IMG/VR virus record: IMGVR_UViG_3300028833_000004
DNA: 64,000 nt
DNA from: a virus
Strand: one strand, 5' to 3'
Position 1 is the stretch's first letter. Every line of letters begins with the position of its first letter. Both the position numbers and the translations under genes were made by a program. The notes below the pieces were generated by a model that saw only the letters and a program-made list of their open reading frames with translations, was not told where the DNA came from and searched no databases. Below are positions 40,880 to 51,226 of this stretch, piece after piece.

Positions 40880-40899
40880 CTTTTTAAATATTTAAAAAC

Positions 40900-41136
40900 A
40901 TGGAACAAAACATTATTAATGTCTATGTAACCAAGAGAGGTATACGTAGAGTGTTGTCCTGCGATTACGACGGACAAAATGAAGTTGATATTATTTTCGA
41001 ACTATCGAAACCCGATCAACAAGTGTATAACTATATTAATCTTAATAGAAAAGAAGCACTGTGTCTTCTTTTCGAATTGTTAAGACAATTACTTCCTGGT
41101 AGTTTTCTTATTAAAAAGAAAAATCAAACTACTTAA
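40900..41136 (+). CDS. hypothetical protein (78 aa)
   Basis: Track ORF. Confidence 0.55.
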   Translation: MEQNIINVYVTKRGIRRVLSCDYDGQNEVDIIFELSKPDQQVYNYINLNRKEALCLLFELLRQLLPGSFLIKKKNQTT

Positions 41137-41199
41137 CTATCATAACACACCTGTTCGTGAGAATGGGTGTGTTTTTTTTAACTAGTAAAAAAATATAAA

Positions 41200-42174
41200 A
41201 TGAAAATATTAACAGAAAGAGATGTGAATAAGCATGGCTGGGGTATAGTATCGGTAATTACATCCGACATGCTAGAGAAATATGGGTATACACAAATTGG
41301 AGATTATGCTTTTTGGGGCGATGATCTTGAATCAATCATAATACCTAATAGTATAACAAAAATTGGAATTGGCGCGTTCAGAAATTGTCCTAAACTGACT
41401 TCAGTAACAATCCCCAATAGTGTAACAATTATTGACTCTAGGGCTTTTTTAAATTGTAGTAATTTAACCTCAATCAAGATTCCAAATAGTGTAACAGGTA
41501 TTGGTATACATGCTTTTAATGGTTGTTCTAATTTAACTTCAATAGTAGTAGAAGCAGATAATCCAAATTATGATAGTAGAAACAATTGCAATGCTATAAT
41601 AGAGACTGCTACAAACACTCTTATCGCTGGTTGTAAAAATACAATTATTCCCAATAGTGTAACAAATATTGGAAGTTTTGCCTTCTATAGCTGTGATGAT
41701 TTGACATCTATAATAATTCCCGATAATGTAATTAGCATTGGAGATGATGCTTTCTGCAAAACAGGTTTGAAATCCATATCTATTCCAAATAGTGTTACAA
41801 GCATTGGATATTGTGCTTTTAAGGATTGTAAAATTAACATACCTAAAAAATATGATAGTCTGGGTAGACTAATTGCATATAAAGGATTTGATTCTAAGAT
41901 GCAATGTTATGATCATTTTCAATACATTGAAGGACATACTTATAAAACTTCTGAAGCTATATTATGTGAATGCGGATTCCACGCTTGTACTAATCCCTTA
42001 GATATATTTTCTTATTATTTCGGAAGAATAAATAAAAATGTATATATACATGAGGTATATCTTGATGATGTAAGTACTGAAAAGGGTACGGATAGTAAGG
42101 TTGTATCTAAGAAAATAACTATTGGTCGAAGATTAACCATTGAAGACATAAACAATATAATACAAGAAAAATAA
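41200..42174 (+). CDS. BspA-type leucine-rich-repeat protein with conserved Cys/His C-terminal domain, paralogue 1
   Basis: Repeats IPNSVTxIGxxAFxxCxxLTSI. C-terminus [46 protein letters not shown]. Confidence 0.75.
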   Translation: MKILTERDVNKHGWGIVSVITSDMLEKYGYTQIGDYAFWGDDLESIIIPNSITKIGIGAFRNCPKLTSVTIPNSVTIIDSRAFLNCSNLTSIKIPNSVTGIGIHAFNGCSNLTSIVVEADNPNYDSRNNCNAIIETATNTLIAGCKNTIIPNSVTNIGSFAFYSCDDLTSIIIPDNVISIGDDAFCKTGLKSISIPNSVTSIGYCAFKDCKINIPKKYDSLGRLIAYKGFDSKMQCYDHFQYIEGHTYKTSEAILCECGFHACTNPLDIFSYYFGRINKNVYIHEVYLDDVSTEKGTDSKVVSKKITIGRRLTIEDINNIIQEK

Positions 42175-42221
42175 AAAAACATTTGTATAATTCAAAAACA
42201 AAGTAAAAAAAATAAACAAAC

Positions 42222-43070
42222 ATGAAAACATTAACACAAAATAGTGTAATTGAACACGGATGGGATAAATTATCAGTTATAACGGCTGATATGATAGAAA
42301 AATATAGGTATACACAAATTGGGAAAAATGCTTTTAATCATTGCCATAGCCTTACCTCAATTACTATACCTAATAGTGTAACAACCATTGGACTTTATGC
42401 TTTCTATGATTGCACTAATCTTACCTTAATAACCATTCCAAATAGTGTAACAAAAATTGGGGATTATGCTTTCTATAATTGCCGTAGTCTTACCTCAATA
42501 ACAATACCAAATAGTGTAATAGCCATTGGGTGTTGGACTTTTTATAGATGTAATAATCTTACCTCAATTACTATTCCAAATAGTGTAACATACATTGGAA
42601 ATGGTGCTTTCTATCATTGCAGTAATCTTACCTCTATAATCATACCTAATAGTGTAACAACCATTGAAGATGATGCTTTTGCTGATTGTGGAATAAACCT
42701 GCCTAAAAAATACGATAATCAAGGTAGGTTAATTGCATATAAGGGATTTGATAAACACATGCAATGTCGTGGTTTTCAATACATTGAGGGTGAAACCTAC
42801 GAAACAGATAAAGCTAAGTTATGTGTATGTGGTTTTCATGCTTGTACAAATCCTCTTGACATATTTAACTATTATGCTGGTGAAATAAATAATAAAATGT
42901 TTATTCACGAAGTGTATCTTGAAGATGTAAGTGGTGAGGAAAAAAATGATAGTAAAGTAGTTAGTAAGAAAATAACCATAGGTCGAAGATTAACAATTGA
43001 AGATATTAATAATATATTACAAGATGAAAGAGTTAACACGAGACAATGTAACCAAACATGGATGGAATGA
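42222..43070 (+). CDS. BspA-type LRR protein, paralogue 2
   Basis: Same repeat and C-terminal domain as paralogue 1. Confidence 0.75.
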   Translation: MKTLTQNSVIEHGWDKLSVITADMIEKYRYTQIGKNAFNHCHSLTSITIPNSVTTIGLYAFYDCTNLTLITIPNSVTKIGDYAFYNCRSLTSITIPNSVIAIGCWTFYRCNNLTSITIPNSVTYIGNGAFYHCSNLTSIIIPNSVTTIEDDAFADCGINLPKKYDNQGRLIAYKGFDKHMQCRGFQYIEGETYETDKAKLCVCGFHACTNPLDIFNYYAGEINNKMFIHEVYLEDVSGEEKNDSKVVSKKITIGRRLTIEDINNILQDERVNTRQCNQTWME

Positions 43071-43845
43071 ACTATCGGTTATTACAGCCGATATGATAAA
43101 GGAATATGGCTATACTTCTATTGGAGAATACGCTTTCTATAATTGTAAAAATCTAGTTTCAATAACCTTACCAAATAGTATAACGAATATTAGAAGAAGT
43201 GCTTTTTTTAATTGTTATAAATTAGCCTTTATAACAATTCCTAATAGTGTAATCAGTATTGGAAATTATGCTTTCACATTTTGTCACAGCTTGACTTCGG
43301 TTATTATTCCTAATAGCGTAATAAATATTGGAAATAATGCATTCACTGGTTGTAATAGTCTAACCTCAGTCACAATTGGTAATGGTACAACAGGCATTGG
43401 AGATTGTACTTTTGCTTTTTGCAATAATCTTATTTCTATTATCATTCCTAATAGTATAAAAATTATTGGATTTCGTGCTTTTGGAGGTTGTAAAATAAAG
43501 TTGCCTAAAAAATATGATGCCCAAGGTAGATTAATTGCTTACAAAGGATTTAATAAAAACATGCAGTGTCGTAATTTTCAATATGCGGAAGGACAAACTT
43601 ATGAGACATACAAGGCGGAATTGTGTAAATGTGGCTTCCATGCCTGTACTAATCCTCTTGATGTATTTACTTATTATGCAGGTGAAATAGGTAAAGATAT
43701 GTTTATCCATGAAGTATATCTTGAAGAAGTGAATGATGAAGAAGATAGTGATAGCAAGATAGTTGCTAATAAAATAACTATTGGTAAACGTTTAACAATC
43801 AAAGATATTAATAAAATTATACAAAATGAAAATATTAACAGATGA
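43024..43845 (+). CDS. BspA-type LRR protein, paralogue 3
   Basis: Track ORF 42997..43845 trimmed to the ATG giving [14 protein letters not shown], by homology with the paralogue N-termini. Confidence 0.75.
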   Translation: MKELTRDNVTKHGWNELSVITADMIKEYGYTSIGEYAFYNCKNLVSITLPNSITNIRRSAFFNCYKLAFITIPNSVISIGNYAFTFCHSLTSVIIPNSVINIGNNAFTGCNSLTSVTIGNGTTGIGDCTFAFCNNLISIIIPNSIKIIGFRAFGGCKIKLPKKYDAQGRLIAYKGFNKNMQCRNFQYAEGQTYETYKAELCKCGFHACTNPLDVFTYYAGEIGKDMFIHEVYLEEVNDEEDSDSKIVANKITIGKRLTIKDINKIIQNENINR

Positions 43846-44571
43846 TGAGGTAATTAAAAATGAATGGAATAAAAAGTCCATTATCACCTCCCATATGATA
43901 GAAAAATATGGATACACACAAATTGGAGATCATGCTTTTTTATTTGCCACAATCTTACCTCTATAACTCTTCCAGATAATATAACTAGTATTGAAGCTTA
44001 TGCTTTCTATGGTTGTAACAGGCTGACTTCGGTCACAATTGGCAATAGAGTAACAAGTATTGGAAAGTGTGCATTCGGAAATTGTAAAAAGCTTGCATCT
44101 ATAAATATACCAAATAGTATAATAAGTATTGGAGATTATGCTTTCCATGATTGCTATGGGCTTACTTCGATTGTTATATCAAATAATGTAACAAATATTG
44201 GATGTGGTGCGTTTAGAACAGGTAAATTAATAATTCCTTTAAAAAAATATGATAATCTAGGCAGGTTAATTGCTTATAAAGGTTTTCGTAGAGATATGAC
44301 TTGTCTTGGTTTTCAATACGAAGAGGGAAAGACCTTCGAAACAAATAGAGCAAAGTTATGCGAGTGTGGATTTCATGCTTGTATCAACCCATTGGATGTT
44401 TTCAATTACTATTATGGGAAAATAAATGAAGATATAGTTATTCATGAAGTATATCTTGAGGGCGTATCAGAAGATTTAAGCCCATTTTTATATGATAGTA
44501 AGGTCGTTGCAAAGAAAATCACTATTGGCAAAAGATTGTCTATAGAAGACATTAATAAAATTATACAATAA
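43826..44571 (+). pseudogene. BspA-type LRR protein, paralogue 4, interrupted by a -1 frame change at a T6 run
   Basis: ATG at 43826 ([14 protein letters not shown]). The frame breaks at GCT TTT TTA (43934-43942). The -1 frame from 43942 restores ICHNLTSITLPDN and joins track ORF 44296..44571. Confidence 0.65.
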
Positions 44572-44581
44572 AATAAAAATT

Positions 44582-44980
44582 ATGTGTTTACTAGATACTA
44601 AAAGAATAAGATTTACAATCTTCCCAAAAAAAGTATATAAGATCGTATATGTTGAGGATGGGTGTTATTATTCTCCTTACAGATGTATCGATGTTAAACT
44701 AATGCAGGTGCAATATCCATACTTTAAAAATGTAGAACCATCTGTATTACACGGTGAAACAGAACTTTATGAATTCGGAGATGGATTTGTATTTGGATAT
44801 ACTGATTTAATAGAAGCTATATATGCGAAACACAATCTTGAAAGACAACATCCAAGATTTGAATATGTAATAATAAAAGGTATAATACCTCCATTTACAA
44901 GATATGCTCGTGAAGACCGTTATCCTCTATCCGAAGTATGTGCTAGAAAAATGTTTTGGTATAAAGTGTTAGGAAGATAA
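44582..44980 (+). CDS. hypothetical protein (132 aa)
   Basis: Track ORF. Confidence 0.6.
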   Translation: MCLLDTKRIRFTIFPKKVYKIVYVEDGCYYSPYRCIDVKLMQVQYPYFKNVEPSVLHGETELYEFGDGFVFGYTDLIEAIYAKHNLERQHPRFEYVIIKGIIPPFTRYAREDRYPLSEVCARKMFWYKVLGR

Positions 44981-45018
44981 ATAACATTTGAAAACTAAAT
45001 AATAAAAGTAGTACTATA

Positions 45019-45270
45019 ATGAACAGATATATTGAACATAACAGAATAACTGAAAAGTGTCGAGGTTTTACATTTACATTTTTACAACCACGCCGATCAA
45101 TTTCTTATGGAGAAAATTATCTGATTAGAAAAGAAAGATTCAGAACAGATAGATCTGCTCTTATTGAGGTTTGGAGTGTATATAAAAATAATATATCTCT
45201 TGAAATATTCAAGACAAAGAAAGCAGCTGAAGAATATGTAAAAAGTAAAAATGAGTATGGAAATCAATAA
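45019..45270 (+). CDS. hypothetical protein (83 aa)
   Basis: Track ORF. Confidence 0.55.
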   Translation: MNRYIEHNRITEKCRGFTFTFLQPRRSISYGENYLIRKERFRTDRSALIEVWSVYKNNISLEIFKTKKAAEEYVKSKNEYGNQ

Positions 45271-45970
45271 ACAATTATTTGAAGATGTTCTTTCAGGCAA
45301 ATTTAAAGGTACATTTGTGTTAAGAAATGAAGCAGTATACTCTTCCAATGATTTGCATAGAAATTATGGAACACTTAAACTCATGTATCCTTATAAGATA
45401 GGTTCTGTATCTTTTACACAAAGAGGATTATTTCTTTTAGGTGGTACATCTGCCTGTGATATTATTGATTTTAAACCAGATAAAAATATGAAAGAAAATG
45501 AATTGACAATCGAAATCCCAGACAACAAGGCTGTAGACTGGGAGGAATCCAAGAAACAAAACAAGATTATTTTAAAAGATAAGCAATTGACTTATGAGGA
45601 TGTTTGTAAGAAATATTTAAAAAACGACTTTTATTTTATAAGACCTAACGGTAGTATAGGTTATCTTTCAGATGCTCGTATTACACCCAATTGTTCAAAG
45701 ACTCAACATCAACTTGAATGCATTCTTGCAAAAAACAAACTTGCTAATATTGCATTATTCCTTAATGATGGTTGGAAACCATTATTTGATAGTAACATTT
45801 TTTTATTGAGACAAACATCAACAGGGGTTTCGGTATTTGAAGCTATGAATGGTAGCTGTGCATCTGATTGTGGTAGTATTTGGTTCAAATCTGAAGAACT
45901 TGCTAAACAAGCAATAGAAATTCTTGGAGAGAAAACTGTTAAACTTGCATTAAAACCTTTAGGAATATGA
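45251..45970 (+). CDS. hypothetical protein (239 aa); C-terminal half related to 46221 and 51493
   Basis: Track ORF. Shares the ELTIEIP..W.E and FKSEELAKQAIEIL pattern with the METKELKIEIP family. Confidence 0.65.
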   Translation: MSMEINKQLFEDVLSGKFKGTFVLRNEAVYSSNDLHRNYGTLKLMYPYKIGSVSFTQRGLFLLGGTSACDIIDFKPDKNMKENELTIEIPDNKAVDWEESKKQNKIILKDKQLTYEDVCKKYLKNDFYFIRPNGSIGYLSDARITPNCSKTQHQLECILAKNKLANIALFLNDGWKPLFDSNIFLLRQTSTGVSVFEAMNGSCASDCGSIWFKSEELAKQAIEILGEKTVKLALKPLGI

Positions 45971-46239
45971 TATTAGTATTAGTAATTGTCTTTATGCTAT
46001 GGTCTTTTGGATTGTCTTTAATATGGATCTATCTTTTATCTGATGAATTTGAAGACAGCTTAGGTATATTTGGCGTCTTACTTATAGTAATAAGTGTAAT
46101 TATAGCTTTTTATCAGTTCTCAACAACACTAAATGAAAAAGATATTCTTACAGGTGAGGCAATTTACCAAGAAGATTTACATATTATTGATAATGATACA
46201 ATAAAAACTTATGAAATTATATGGAAACAAAAGAATTAA
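45967..46239 (+). CDS. small membrane protein (90 aa)
   Basis: Track ORF. Paralogue of 51227..51511. Confidence 0.6.
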   Translation: MILVLVIVFMLWSFGLSLIWIYLLSDEFEDSLGIFGVLLIVISVIIAFYQFSTTLNEKDILTGEAIYQEDLHIIDNDTIKTYEIIWKQKN

Positions 46240-46733
46240 AAATTGAAATTCCCACTGGATATGTTATTGACGAAAGCAAGTCAACTTTCGAAAAAATAGT
46301 CTTTAAAAAGAAAGATACTAAACCAAGAAGTTGGGAGGATTATTGTAAACAAGAACATCATGATAAACATGATGGTTATTATATAAATAATGGTTCTCGC
46401 ATATTCTCAGTAAATTGGGGAAACGTACAAGTAAACCGCACAGACTATTTAAATTATTCTAGAAATATTTTACCTTCTAAAGAATTAGCAGCAGTATTTT
46501 TAGCTATGATGCAACTCATGGCATTGAGACAATCGTGGATAGGAGATTGGAAAGCTGATTTTAGTAATTCTAATCAATGTAAATGGTGTATAGTAATAGA
46601 TAATAATCGAATAATTGATAGAGAGTCATTTTATGGGCGCTCTCATCCGTTATCTTTTCCAACAGAAGAAATGGCTATTGATTTTATTGACACATTTAAA
46701 GATTTAATAGAAATCGCTAAACCCCTGATATAA
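46221..46733 (+). CDS. hypothetical protein, METKELKIEIP family (170 aa)
   Basis: Track ORF. Paralogue of 51493..51984. Confidence 0.65.
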   Translation: METKELKIEIPTGYVIDESKSTFEKIVFKKKDTKPRSWEDYCKQEHHDKHDGYYINNGSRIFSVNWGNVQVNRTDYLNYSRNILPSKELAAVFLAMMQLMALRQSWIGDWKADFSNSNQCKWCIVIDNNRIIDRESFYGRSHPLSFPTEEMAIDFIDTFKDLIEIAKPLI

Positions 46734-46965
46734 TGAAGTATAAAAAGCAAATACAAAACAAAGAATCAAGAATAAAAAATTGGGAAGTCAATCTTGCCAA
46801 AGATTCAGGTTATAGAAAACCAGGTAGTAATAAGAAATAATTCTATTTTTTACAAAAGCTAATATGCATATCCATAATTTTTATGGTATGTTAAAACGCC
46901 CTTAGGATATTGATTTATCCTAAGGGTTCTAATTAAATATAAATTTTTATAAAAATTTTTAAATT

Positions 46966-47457
46966 ATGGCAGCAATAGACAAGATTTACATTAAAGATTA
47001 TTACACCTTTGATAGATTTCGTTTATGGTGTATAGCTCATAAACCAACTCTTTTATATCATTTTTATAAATGGAATATGACTGAAAAAGAGTGGGATGAG
47101 TTAAAAGAACACTATTATGAAAATAGTAAGAAGAATAGTGATCATGCCTATGATCGTTGTAGTTGTTTCGAATCATTAAGAAAATACTATGACTCTTTTT
47201 TGTTAGAATGTCCAGATAGTAGTAAAGTTTCTGATGAACAGGTTAAAAGAGAAGTATCATATTATCTTAGGGATAGAGTACAACTCCAAGATAAAGAAAC
47301 TTGGACTGAGAATTACCCCATTCCTATAACTAATTTTTCTTGTGAAGAAGATAAATATCTTTTATGGCATTGTCCTATTAAAGAAATTCGAGAATATTTA
47401 CATGAACAATGTGGATATAAAGAAAAATGGTATTATAAGTTATTTTTTAAATACTAA
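46966..47457 (+). CDS. hypothetical protein (163 aa)
   Basis: Track ORF. Confidence 0.6.
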   Translation: MAAIDKIYIKDYYTFDRFRLWCIAHKPTLLYHFYKWNMTEKEWDELKEHYYENSKKNSDHAYDRCSCFESLRKYYDSFLLECPDSSKVSDEQVKREVSYYLRDRVQLQDKETWTENYPIPITNFSCEEDKYLLWHCPIKEIREYLHEQCGYKEKWYYKLFFKY

Positions 47458-47461
47458 TAAT

Positions 47462-48076
47462 ATGGAAGAAAATTACTTACCTAACACTCACAAAACACGT
47501 TATGTAAAAGCAACTATTTATCTTGAAGTTCCTGAAGACTTAGATGATGAAGACAAGATAGAACGTGAGATTGAACGTCTACTTAATTATGGTTCTTTGT
47601 ATTTTACAGGGCCGGCAGACGTAATGGTTAGTGAATGCGGCGGTGATGAACCAGAAAAATTCGATAGTCCAGTCGGTTATATTGCTCCTGACGGTAAGTT
47701 TTATCTCATGGAATCATCTGAGAATGGCCTTGCACATTTCGAATTAGCTCCTCTTATGCTCAAGATATATGGAGATAAATTAGATAGGACACTTCTATAT
47801 GGAGATGGGATGAGTATAGATTATGGTTTAGAAAAAGCAGGATTTGTAAAGGTACATGATTATGATATACGTTATCTGGCTCATTTTCAAGTCGGATTTG
47901 GCGATAATGAACGATACACACCAGATATTACAGATGCACAATTAGAATCTATAATTCATTATTGTGAGTTATGGAAGCATGATGGATATATTAATGTAAA
48001 CGATAAACTAGTAGAAGTATCTAAAATTAAACAAGCTGATAAGTATGCATTAAGAAAAATATTTAGTTTGATTTAA
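47462..48076 (+). CDS. hypothetical protein (204 aa)
   Basis: Track ORF 47342..48076 trimmed to the first ATG after the upstream stop (MEENYLPNTHK). Confidence 0.6.
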   Translation: MEENYLPNTHKTRYVKATIYLEVPEDLDDEDKIEREIERLLNYGSLYFTGPADVMVSECGGDEPEKFDSPVGYIAPDGKFYLMESSENGLAHFELAPLMLKIYGDKLDRTLLYGDGMSIDYGLEKAGFVKVHDYDIRYLAHFQVGFGDNERYTPDITDAQLESIIHYCELWKHDGYINVNDKLVEVSKIKQADKYALRKIFSLI

Positions 48077-48079
48077 TAT

Positions 48080-48463
48080 ATGAGGGCAAATGAATTAATG
48101 ATGGAAGATTGGGTTCGATATAAATCATCTAAAAATCCTGTAATTATTAAGGATTACAGACAATTAGATGGTATAGAAACAGATTATTATGAACCTATTC
48201 CTCTTACAAATGAAATATTAGAGAATAATGAATTTGAATATGTTGAAGATGATACTTATATATATAAATATACTGATCAACAAAAATTAATTCGTATATA
48301 TTTAGATGATTGGAAAAATAACACATGGGCTATTACTATTAGTGTAATGGACAGAATTACAAAACAAGAATTTAAATATATGGCAGGAAATATTTCCATA
48401 AATGTTCATGAATTACAACATATTCTTAAAATTTGTAAAATAGAAAAAGAAATTGTATTATGA
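48080..48463 (+). CDS. hypothetical protein, family X (ends VHELQHxLKxCKIxKEIVL)
   Basis: Track ORF. Paralogues at 52627 and 61348. Confidence 0.65.
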   Translation: MRANELMMEDWVRYKSSKNPVIIKDYRQLDGIETDYYEPIPLTNEILENNEFEYVEDDTYIYKYTDQQKLIRIYLDDWKNNTWAITISVMDRITKQEFKYMAGNISINVHELQHILKICKIEKEIVL

Positions 48464-48864
48464 CAACAATAAATCATGAATATTACGTATCACTTGAAGT
48501 GGCAAAATTGTTAAGAGAATCTGGATTTAATTGGGAATGCCGTAAGGTATATAAGACTGTTATGACAGAGGATTTAACCCTATTCACGTGTACGAAGGAG
48601 GAAGGATACAGAAACACATCTGAATTTATTTGTTCTGCTCCAACTCTAGATGTAGCACAAAGATGGTTAAGAGAAGTGAAAAATGCCCATATTGAAATCT
48701 CTTATGATAAAGAGAGAATGTGGAATGTTACATGTATATTTGATATTGATAAAACCGTAACTATTGATAATTATTATTATGAAAAGTATTTTGATTCTTA
48801 TGAAGACGCTCAAGAGAAGGGTATAAAGAAAGCACTTGAAATGATTTTAGAGGAAGGAGAATAA
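48460..48864 (+). CDS. hypothetical protein, family Y (SAPT..QRWLRE.KN.HI)
   Basis: Track ORF. Paralogue at 53019. Confidence 0.65.
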   Translation: MTTINHEYYVSLEVAKLLRESGFNWECRKVYKTVMTEDLTLFTCTKEEGYRNTSEFICSAPTLDVAQRWLREVKNAHIEISYDKERMWNVTCIFDIDKTVTIDNYYYEKYFDSYEDAQEKGIKKALEMILEEGE

Positions 48865-48865
48865 T

Positions 48866-49000
48866 ATGGAAATTTTTATTATTTTTATTACTTCAGTAAT
48901 AGCAGGACTTTTGCTTTTTATTGCATTAACTATAAACTCTATCAGTCATGACTTATTTAGTATTAAACGATTTTTAAAAAAGAGAGAAGAAGAATTATGA
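48866..49000 (+). CDS. small membrane protein (44 aa)
   Basis: ATG at 48866. The TGA overlaps ATG 48997. One hydrophobic helix. Confidence 0.4.
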   Translation: MEIFIIFITSVIAGLLLFIALTINSISHDLFSIKRFLKKREEEL

Positions 49001-49185
49001 CTAAAGAAGAAATTAAACAATTGTTTGAGAATACACTTAATAAAGAAATGCTTAATGAAATATATAAGCATGATTATCAAGACAGTTCTCATCTAATTAA
49101 TCCGTATTTGATTGATACTCAAAAACTGATAAAATTAATTAATAACATAAGAAAAAGTAAAAATTATGACAAGTTTATATTATAA
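48997..49185 (+). CDS. hypothetical protein (62 aa)
   Basis: Track ORF. Confidence 0.5.
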   Translation: MTKEEIKQLFENTLNKEMLNEIYKHDYQDSSHLINPYLIDTQKLIKLINNIRKSKNYDKFIL

Positions 49186-49375
49186 TAATAATAGGACTAA
49201 TGTTACAATTACTATTGTTTTTAATGTTGCTGATGATTATCATTATCCATACATTACAAAAATAGTTGTTGGGGGCACTACTCTTAAAGAGAATAAGTTT
49301 GAAACACAAGAAGAAGCATTGCGTGACTTTATGTGGTTAGTATCAAGTAATATTCTGAAGGAAGAAAATGTGTAA
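49166..49375 (+). CDS. hypothetical protein (69 aa)
   Basis: Track ORF. Confidence 0.5.
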   Translation: MTSLYYNNNRTNVTITIVFNVADDYHYPYITKIVVGGTTLKENKFETQEEALRDFMWLVSSNILKEENV

Positions 49376-49464
49376 TTATGACCGCGAAAGTAAAAGAAAT
49401 AGATACTGCCATAGATGTTGGTTAATTAGGCATCATTGTCTGCAAAAAGAAGGAGAATAAGATT

Positions 49465-49683
49465 ATGAATAAACAAAAAATTATCGCTTGGATAGCAAGA
49501 AATGAAGATACTAGTTTGTACATCTATATAGGAGAATGTCCATATAAAACAGATTGTAATTGGGATGTCATTTATCGAGATGGAGTAAACATACAGGAAC
49601 TAAATAGCGATTTGTATCCTCAAGTTAAATGGGAAGACCACGAACCCACTAAAGTTGAATTAACAATTAATATTTGTGAGTAA
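49465..49683 (+). CDS. hypothetical protein (72 aa)
   Basis: Track ORF. Confidence 0.55.
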   Translation: MNKQKIIAWIARNEDTSLYIYIGECPYKTDCNWDVIYRDGVNIQELNSDLYPQVKWEDHEPTKVELTINICE

Positions 49684-49685
49684 AT

Positions 49686-49859
49686 ATGAATTTATTACAG
49701 GCTTTGACTCTTATTAAAGAGCCTAATTATACTACATTAGAACAATCAAAGCGCCTTACGGACTTAGGTTTGCCTAAAGAAAGTGCAGATATGTACTACA
49801 AACTACAATATAAAGATGTTTGTGCAGGGGAATCCTTGAAGATATTGACAAACTTGTAA
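49686..49859 (+). pseudogene. truncated family Z member (N-terminal 57 aa only)
   Basis: MNLLQALTLIKEPNYTTLEQSKRLTDLGLPKESADMYY matches the N-termini of 52200, 59649 and 60011. It stops where a GC-rich insert begins. Confidence 0.5.
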
Positions 49860-50055
49860 GCAATTTGTTCAATAAAGATGTGCACCCACAACACACGGGA
49901 GATATTTTTCATTATGGCTGGCGTAAAATTGAAATTGCGCAACATAAAGAGAAAGGAAACGAGAAATGAAAAAGATAATGTATAATGAACAGTTTGGCTT
50001 GCAGCAAGCCACGTTTGAACGAAATAACATTATTAACAATTAAAACACAAACATT

Positions 50056-50358
50056 ATGACAGATTACACAGGAAAGAAAGTAATTGTCCGCTCGCACGGA
50101 GCGGGAGTGTTCTTCGGAACGTTGAAAGAATTTGATGCCGCCAACGGTATCGTAGAGTTAACAAACTGCCGCCGTGTGTGGTACTGGAGCGGTGCAACCT
50201 CGCTGTCCCAACTCGCTTGCGAGGGCGTTAAGAATGCCGGAGGCAGCAAGATAACGCAAGAGGTTGCGTCTATATGCGTTACACAAGTTTTGGAAATTAT
50301 TCCATGCACGGAAGAGGCTATTGAAAATCTAAATCGTGTGCCGGTATGGAAGATGTAA
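50056..50358 (+). CDS. hypothetical protein (100 aa) in a GC-richer insert
   Basis: Track ORF. Confidence 0.65.
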   Translation: MTDYTGKKVIVRSHGAGVFFGTLKEFDAANGIVELTNCRRVWYWSGATSLSQLACEGVKNAGGSKITQEVASICVTQVLEIIPCTEEAIENLNRVPVWKM

Positions 50359-51065
50359 TTAAACGCTTTTTAGCAGTAGAATATGGCTATGGTTATGGTT
50401 ATGGCTTTGGCTATGGCTATGGCTATGGCGATGGCGATGGCTCTGGCGATGGCTCTGGCTCTGGCTATAGCGATGGCGATGGCGATGGCTCTGGCGATGG
50501 CTCTGGCTTTGGCTATAGCGATGGCTATGGCTATGGTTATGGCTCTGGCTTTGGCTATGGCTCTGGCGATGGCGATGGCTCTGGCGATGGCGATGGCTCT
50601 GGCATAAAATCTTTTTGTGGGCAAAAAGTCTATATCATAGATAGCGTGCAAACTCTTATCGATAGTATACATGGCAATTATGCAAGAGGTGCGATACTCA
50701 AATCTGATTTGACTACCGAGTCTTGCTACATAGCTAAGGTAGGCAATTTCTTTGCTCACGGCACTACGCTCAAGCAGGCGTTTGCAGACGCACAAGAAAA
50801 GTACGACAGGAACAGATCTATAAAAGAACGCATTGCAGATTTCGTGCAGCAATACCCGACACTTGACACAAAGTGCAAGGGCGCAGACCTCTTCCGGTGG
50901 CACAATGTCCTAACGGGCTCGTGCCAATTAGGCAGAGAGCAGTTTTGCAACGAGCGTGGCATTAACCCCGATACCGTTACGATGACTGTAAGAGAGTTTA
51001 TAGAACTGACAAAAAACGCCTACGGCAGTAAGGCAATCCTACTACTGCGTGAAGCGTATAACTAA
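50346..51065 (+). CDS. protein with N-terminal (Gly-X)n repeat, X = Y/F/D/S, and a globular C-terminal domain (239 aa)
   Basis: Track ORF. About 75 residues of GYGYGYGFGYGYGYGDGDGSGDGSGSG... followed by non-repetitive sequence. Confidence 0.7.
   Translation: MEDVIKRFLAVEYGYGYGYGFGYGYGYGDGDGSGDGSGSGYSDGDGDGSGDGSGFGYSDGYGYGYGSGFGYGSGDGDGSGDGDGSGIKSFCGQKVYIIDSVQTLIDSIHGNYARGAILKSDLTTESCYIAKVGNFFAHGTTLKQAFADAQEKYDRNRSIKERIADFVQQYPTLDTKCKGADLFRWHNVLTGSCQLGREQFCNERGINPDTVTMTVREFIELTKNAYGSKAILLLREAYN
50383..50607 (+). repeat. hexanucleotide-periodic tandem repeat (ggc-tat / ggc-gat / ggc-tct / ggc-ttt units)
   Basis: Seen directly. It generates open frames in several phases on both strands. Confidence 0.9.
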
Positions 51066-51103
51066 CATTAACGGCTGTGCTATCGGCTTGACGGGCATTG
51101 ATT

Positions 51104-51214
51104 ATGAAGACAAAAATTGTGCCGTTCGACTTGGAGACGGCAAAGGCACATGGGAAAGTAACCCGCTTGTCTTTGCTTACGAATACAAGCGAATTGACTA
51201 AATTCAGGTACTAA
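51104..51214 (+). pseudogene. short gene remnant (36 aa)
   Basis: MKTKIVPFDLETAKAHGKV... then an early stop, at the right edge of the GC-rich insert. Confidence 0.3.
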
Positions 51215-51226
51215 AACGATAAGACA

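Noticed and set aside
50370-50903. Track ORFs on the minus strand (177 aa, ...IAIARAIAIAR...) and in a second plus frame (50383..50607, MAMVMVMALAMAM...).
   Set aside because: They are phase artefacts of the 6-nt periodic Gly-X repeat. Only the frame continuing into a normal C-terminal domain (50346..51065) is credible.
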